Shown: positions 23,364 to 25,758 of the stretch, piece by piece | Layout: each line of letters begins with the position of its first letter | Position numbering within the stretch: position 1 is the stretch's first letter | Origin: Candidatus Micrarchaeota archaeon | GTDB lineage: Archaea > Micrarchaeota > Micrarchaeia > Anstonellales > Bilamarchaeaceae | DNA length: 25,758 nt | Direction of reading: 5' to 3' | Assembly (NCBI GenBank): GCA_018304385.1 | Contig: JAGVWJ010000019.1 | Coordinates: 1-25,758 of the forward strand | The notes under the pieces: model-generated | What the model saw: the letters and a program-made list of their open reading frames with translations, nothing else | Database searches by the model: none | What the model was told of the DNA's origin: nothing | Made by a program: the position numbers and the translations under genes

Positions 23364-24155
23364 ATGAAATTGAGAATTACTGATGTTAGAACTAGGACTG
23401 AAAATAGATCAAATCCATTAGCTAGGGTAGGTAGGTTTGCCGCCTTAGGGTTTGCTGTATTAACTGCAGGCTGTTTTTCCGAGAAACCAAGAGCAGAAAA
23501 ACCTCCTGAACCTGTTGCTGCAGCACCAGCTCCAACGCCAAGAGAAATACCAACAAAACTTGTAGAAAACAGATGTACTGTTCCTGGAACTAAAGAAGAC
23601 GTGTTACCAGATAAACTAGCTACTCCTAGAGATGTAATTCGTGCATTTGCGAGATATAATGGTGCAAAGGTTGAAGTTACTGGAGAGGGAACTCCTAAAC
23701 CCGCCAAAGTATATAGTATAGAACCATTACCTGAACCAGCTTCAAATGGAATTTGTGTTGGAGGGGTTAATGTTCAAATAGTTAGAGTTGCTTATGTTGA
23801 TGGCAAAAAAACTGGATATTCAGATGGTGATAGTGTTAGCATGATGATAAGGTTAATTGTACCCGCAGAAGAAGCCTCACCAAGCATGGGTGCAGTATCT
23901 GAAGATTACTTGAATGGAAGATTAGGATTAGTTCCAGTAGCAGTAGGTAATGAGAAATTTTGGATGTTACAAGCTGATGTAGGTGAAAAAGGTAAACTTA
24001 CTCGCTGGAAGAATATATATCTGCCAGATTATCCTTTTGGGCAAATGCTTGCTCGAGTTACTGAGGATGATGCAGAAGCAGTTAGAGGCTTTGATGTCCT
24101 TTTACATGCAGCAAACGAGGTATTAAGGAAATTACCAACTGGTAAGAAATCTTAA
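23364..24155 (+). CDS. Putative lipoprotein, unknown function (263 aa)
   Basis: GGTGA SD. Long basic n-region, hydrophobic core, lipobox LTAG|C37, Pro/Ala-rich linker. Confidence 0.8.
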   Translation: MKLRITDVRTRTENRSNPLARVGRFAALGFAVLTAGCFSEKPRAEKPPEPVAAAPAPTPREIPTKLVENRCTVPGTKEDVLPDKLATPRDVIRAFARYNGAKVEVTGEGTPKPAKVYSIEPLPEPASNGICVGGVNVQIVRVAYVDGKKTGYSDGDSVSMMIRLIVPAEEASPSMGAVSEDYLNGRLGLVPVAVGNEKFWMLQADVGEKGKLTRWKNIYLPDYPFGQMLARVTEDDAEAVRGFDVLLHAANEVLRKLPTGKKS

Positions 24156-24220
24156 TTTCTTTTATTTTTTTTAGTTTTCTTTTTCTCGCATATATTTAAA
24201 ATAATAACTAATGATAGTAG

Positions 24221-24299
24221 TTTGTTGGTTATTGGTAATTGGTCGTTAGTAATTAGTAAGTGGCCAAAAACTAGTGACCAAGAACCAAAAACTAAGAAC
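24221..24299. repeat. Heptamer-periodic hairpin
   Basis: TTGGTTA TTGGTAA TTGGTCG TTAGTAA TTAGTAA ... ACTAGTG ACCAAGA ACCAAAA ACTAAGA; AAGTGGCCAAAA at 24258-24269. Confidence 0.7.
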
Positions 24300-24310
24300 A
24301 AGGTGAAAAC

Positions 24311-24565
24311 ATGAGCACTAAACTATCTAGGATGTACAATATGGATATATTTACCGATAGCGGTAAGTTTATAGGAAACGCACAAGATTTTATTGTAGAT
24401 GTTGAATCTGGCGAGGTTGCAAGAATATTAGTTGAAGCGCTTCCGCCAAGCAAAGAAGATGCTAAAAAGGCATTAAGAGAAAAGAGCATTCTATATAAGA
24501 ATGTAAAATCAGTTGAGGATGTTATTGTTGTAACAAGAGGCGCAGGAGTAGCACCACAAGAATAA
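24311..24565 (+). CDS. PRC-barrel domain protein (84 aa; archaeal CdpB-like cell-division family possible)
   Basis: AGGTGA SD. LSRMYNMDIFTDSGKFIGNAQDFIVDVESGEVARILV...ILYKNVKSVEDVIVV is a PRC-barrel signature. Confidence 0.85.
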   Translation: MSTKLSRMYNMDIFTDSGKFIGNAQDFIVDVESGEVARILVEALPPSKEDAKKALREKSILYKNVKSVEDVIVVTRGAGVAPQE

Positions 24566-24584
24566 TTGCAATGAGCAGTGGGCC

Positions 24585-24766
24585 GTGAGCGCCTTGGTTT
24601 TATTTACATAAGATAAACCTTGAATCCAGAGACCTGCAGTCTCTAGCTCTTCAGGAAACCTGAAGACGGCCGACGCAGCCAAAGGCTATATTGGTCTGCG
24701 TCCCTGTAGAAAATATAGGTAGTACGACGAATATGTAAGAATGAGAGAACAGGAGTATGACATAGC
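24585..24766 (+). repeat. Dispersed structured element, copy D (42-nt two-hairpin insertion), forming the leader of a small membrane protein gene
   Basis: GTGAGC(24585-90)..CATAAG(24607-12)-N59-GACGCAG(24672-78)-N17-CTGCGTC(24696-702)..GTAGTACGAC(24719-28)-N38-ATG(24767). Confidence 0.85.
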
Positions 24767-24955
24767 ATGGCTAAGGGATGGCTTAAGGTATTATTAGCAA
24801 TAGTTGCTATTGGTTTAGGTTATGGCGTAACACAAATATGGCCACAACTAAGACCAGAAGATCCACAAGAAACATTGTGGGCAGTTGGCGCTATTGTTGC
24901 TATCGCTTCTTTTGTTTCCTTGCACTTTTTGACAAAAGGCGGGGGCGGGGAGTAA
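24767..24955 (+). CDS. Small two-TM membrane protein (62 aa)
   Basis: AGGAG SD and two hydrophobic helices (WLKVLLAIVAIGLGYGV; LWAVGAIVAIASFVSLHFL). Confidence 0.7.
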   Translation: MAKGWLKVLLAIVAIGLGYGVTQIWPQLRPEDPQETLWAVGAIVAIASFVSLHFLTKGGGGE

Positions 24956-25430
24956 CTAATAAACTATCAACAAATTTCTTTATTTTCTTATCAGGCTTAA
25001 CAACAACTATCCCTTCATTTGGCTGTCCATAAACAATTATATCTTTTGGCGATGCGTTTTTTATAAAAACTAAAGCAGTTAAATCCTCCTCGCCATCAAC
25101 ATGAAGTGCGCCGCCTTTTTTTATTATTGTTTTAGCATCACTTAGCAACTTATCAGATACTGTTCCGTGTTTATTCTTTATTCCTATTATATTTTTGAAT
25201 TCTCTCTTTAATATTGCAGCCATTTGCTTTGGTAATGGCTTGCGCATATATTTAAGATCAAAAACAGCAAGATGCGGACGCACGCCAATGCACAAGAGTG
25301 CGAGCGTGCAGATATCACCAACGCTTATTATTCTATATTTTTTGCTTAATAGCTTCACCTTTTCAAGCGAATTGTAAACTTTACCTAATGGTTTTTTTAG
25401 TTTTTGCCTAGCCTGTTCTGAAATCTTCAT
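24900..25430 (-). CDS. DUF359 family protein (GTP-dependent dephospho-CoA kinase, COG1909; 176 aa)
   Basis: RQKLKKPLG, SVGDICT, AVFDLKYMR, NKHGTVS, VDGEEDLTAL, YGQPNEGIV. True start MKISEQ at 25430. Confidence 0.9.
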   Translation of the reverse strand: MKISEQARQKLKKPLGKVYNSLEKVKLLSKKYRIISVGDICTLALLCIGVRPHLAVFDLKYMRKPLPKQMAAILKREFKNIIGIKNKHGTVSDKLLSDAKTIIKKGGALHVDGEEDLTALVFIKNASPKDIIVYGQPNEGIVVVKPDKKIKKFVDSLLVTPRPRLLSKSARKQKKR

Positions 25431-25479
25431 AAAAGCTAATACTGCGCTAATTTTTAAAAGCACTCGCATAAATTTTCTC

Positions 25480-25758
25480 ATGCAGTCTTTAAGTAGAAAT
25501 ACAAAAATTTTCAGTCTAGCTAGTTTTCTAGTAGATATAAGCAGCGAGATGATTATTTGGATCTTACCATTCTTTCTTAGCACAGTGCTGGCTGCTCCTA
25601 TTTTTGTTATTGGATTAATAGATGCATTAAGGGAATCTATTGGCAAACTTGTAGGTATATTTGCTGGCGTTTATGCAGATAAAACAGGCAAGAGAAAAAA
25701 ACTAATAATATTTGGATATTCTTTATCCGCGGCAATTAAGGCATTTTTAATTATTGCA
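25480..25758 (+). CDS. MFS transporter, N-terminal 93 aa (runs off the window; absent from the ORF track)
   Basis: Manual translation: MQSLSRNTKIFSLASFLVDISSEMIIWILPFFLSTVLAAPIFVIGLIDALRESIGKLVGIFAGVYADKTGKRKKLIIFGYSLSAAIKAFLIIA, with MFS motif A (GVYADKTGKRK). Confidence 0.88.
   Translation, partial: MQSLSRNTKIFSLASFLVDISSEMIIWILPFFLSTVLAAPIFVIGLIDALRESIGKLVGIFAGVYADKTGKRKKLIIFGYSLSAAIKAFLIIA

Noticed and set aside
24660-24712. Hammerhead ribozyme in copy D (CTGAAGA ... GAAA)
   Set aside because: The bases flanking the two core motifs do not pair to close stem II, CTGAAGA is inside the inserted hairpin, and the motifs are absent from the other copies.
13229-24766. CRISPR array, SRP RNA, RNase P RNA or C/D-box sRNA as the identity of the dispersed element
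   Set aside because: The copies are dispersed rather than regularly spaced, and the hallmark motifs (SRP helix 8, RNase P P4, paired C and D boxes) are absent.
12505-25377. Remaining short overlapping ORFs (12505-12717, 13349-13564, 15276-15911, 18931-19134, 19304-19810, 22151-22342, 22969-23229, 23336-23707, 24292-24489, 24838-25032, 25195-25377)
   Set aside because: They lie antisense to or within confidently assigned genes or the repeat element.
25431-25646. 72-aa N-terminal extension of DUF359 in the ORF track
   Set aside because: It overlaps the divergent MFS gene starting at 25480, and family similarity begins at MKISEQ (25430).

Overview
This is an AT-rich archaeal chromosomal segment, most likely from a DPANN lineage such as Micrarchaeota. 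That assignment is inferred from aIF2-gamma, S6e, Orc1/Cdc6, DUF359, a Cc1-like protein and a multi-intron tRNA. The left 11.7 kb is an accessory locus of uncharacterised helical proteins. It holds the 3' part of one large protein, a four-gene operon with three tail-anchored coiled-coil paralogues, a TPR gene, and a small helical gene coupled to an 1844-aa protein with a C-terminal PI3/PI4K-HipA-like kinase domain. I infer a toxin/effector-type system. Next come an initiator tRNA-Met split by three non-canonical BHB introns and a secreted beta-barrel-like protein. Housekeeping and metabolic genes follow: wHTH regulator, Cc1-like protein, rps6e, eif2g, tRNA-Ser(GCT), an S15-like basic peptide, an operon (beta-carbonic-anhydrase-like, P5C dehydrogenase, Mesh1-like HD hydrolase, MBL hydrolase), a second divergent beta-CA paralogue, cdc6, a lipoprotein, a PRC-barrel protein, DUF359 and the start of an MFS transporter. 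The most striking unannotated signal is a dispersed ~140-nt structured element in four copies. It has a covarying 7-bp stem and rigid internal spacing, and in three copies its conserved GAC lies exactly 38 nt before the ATG of unrelated genes. A separate family of heptamer-periodic hairpins occurs in spacers and inside a tRNA intron. All protein calls come from motif recognition by eye; no searches were run.
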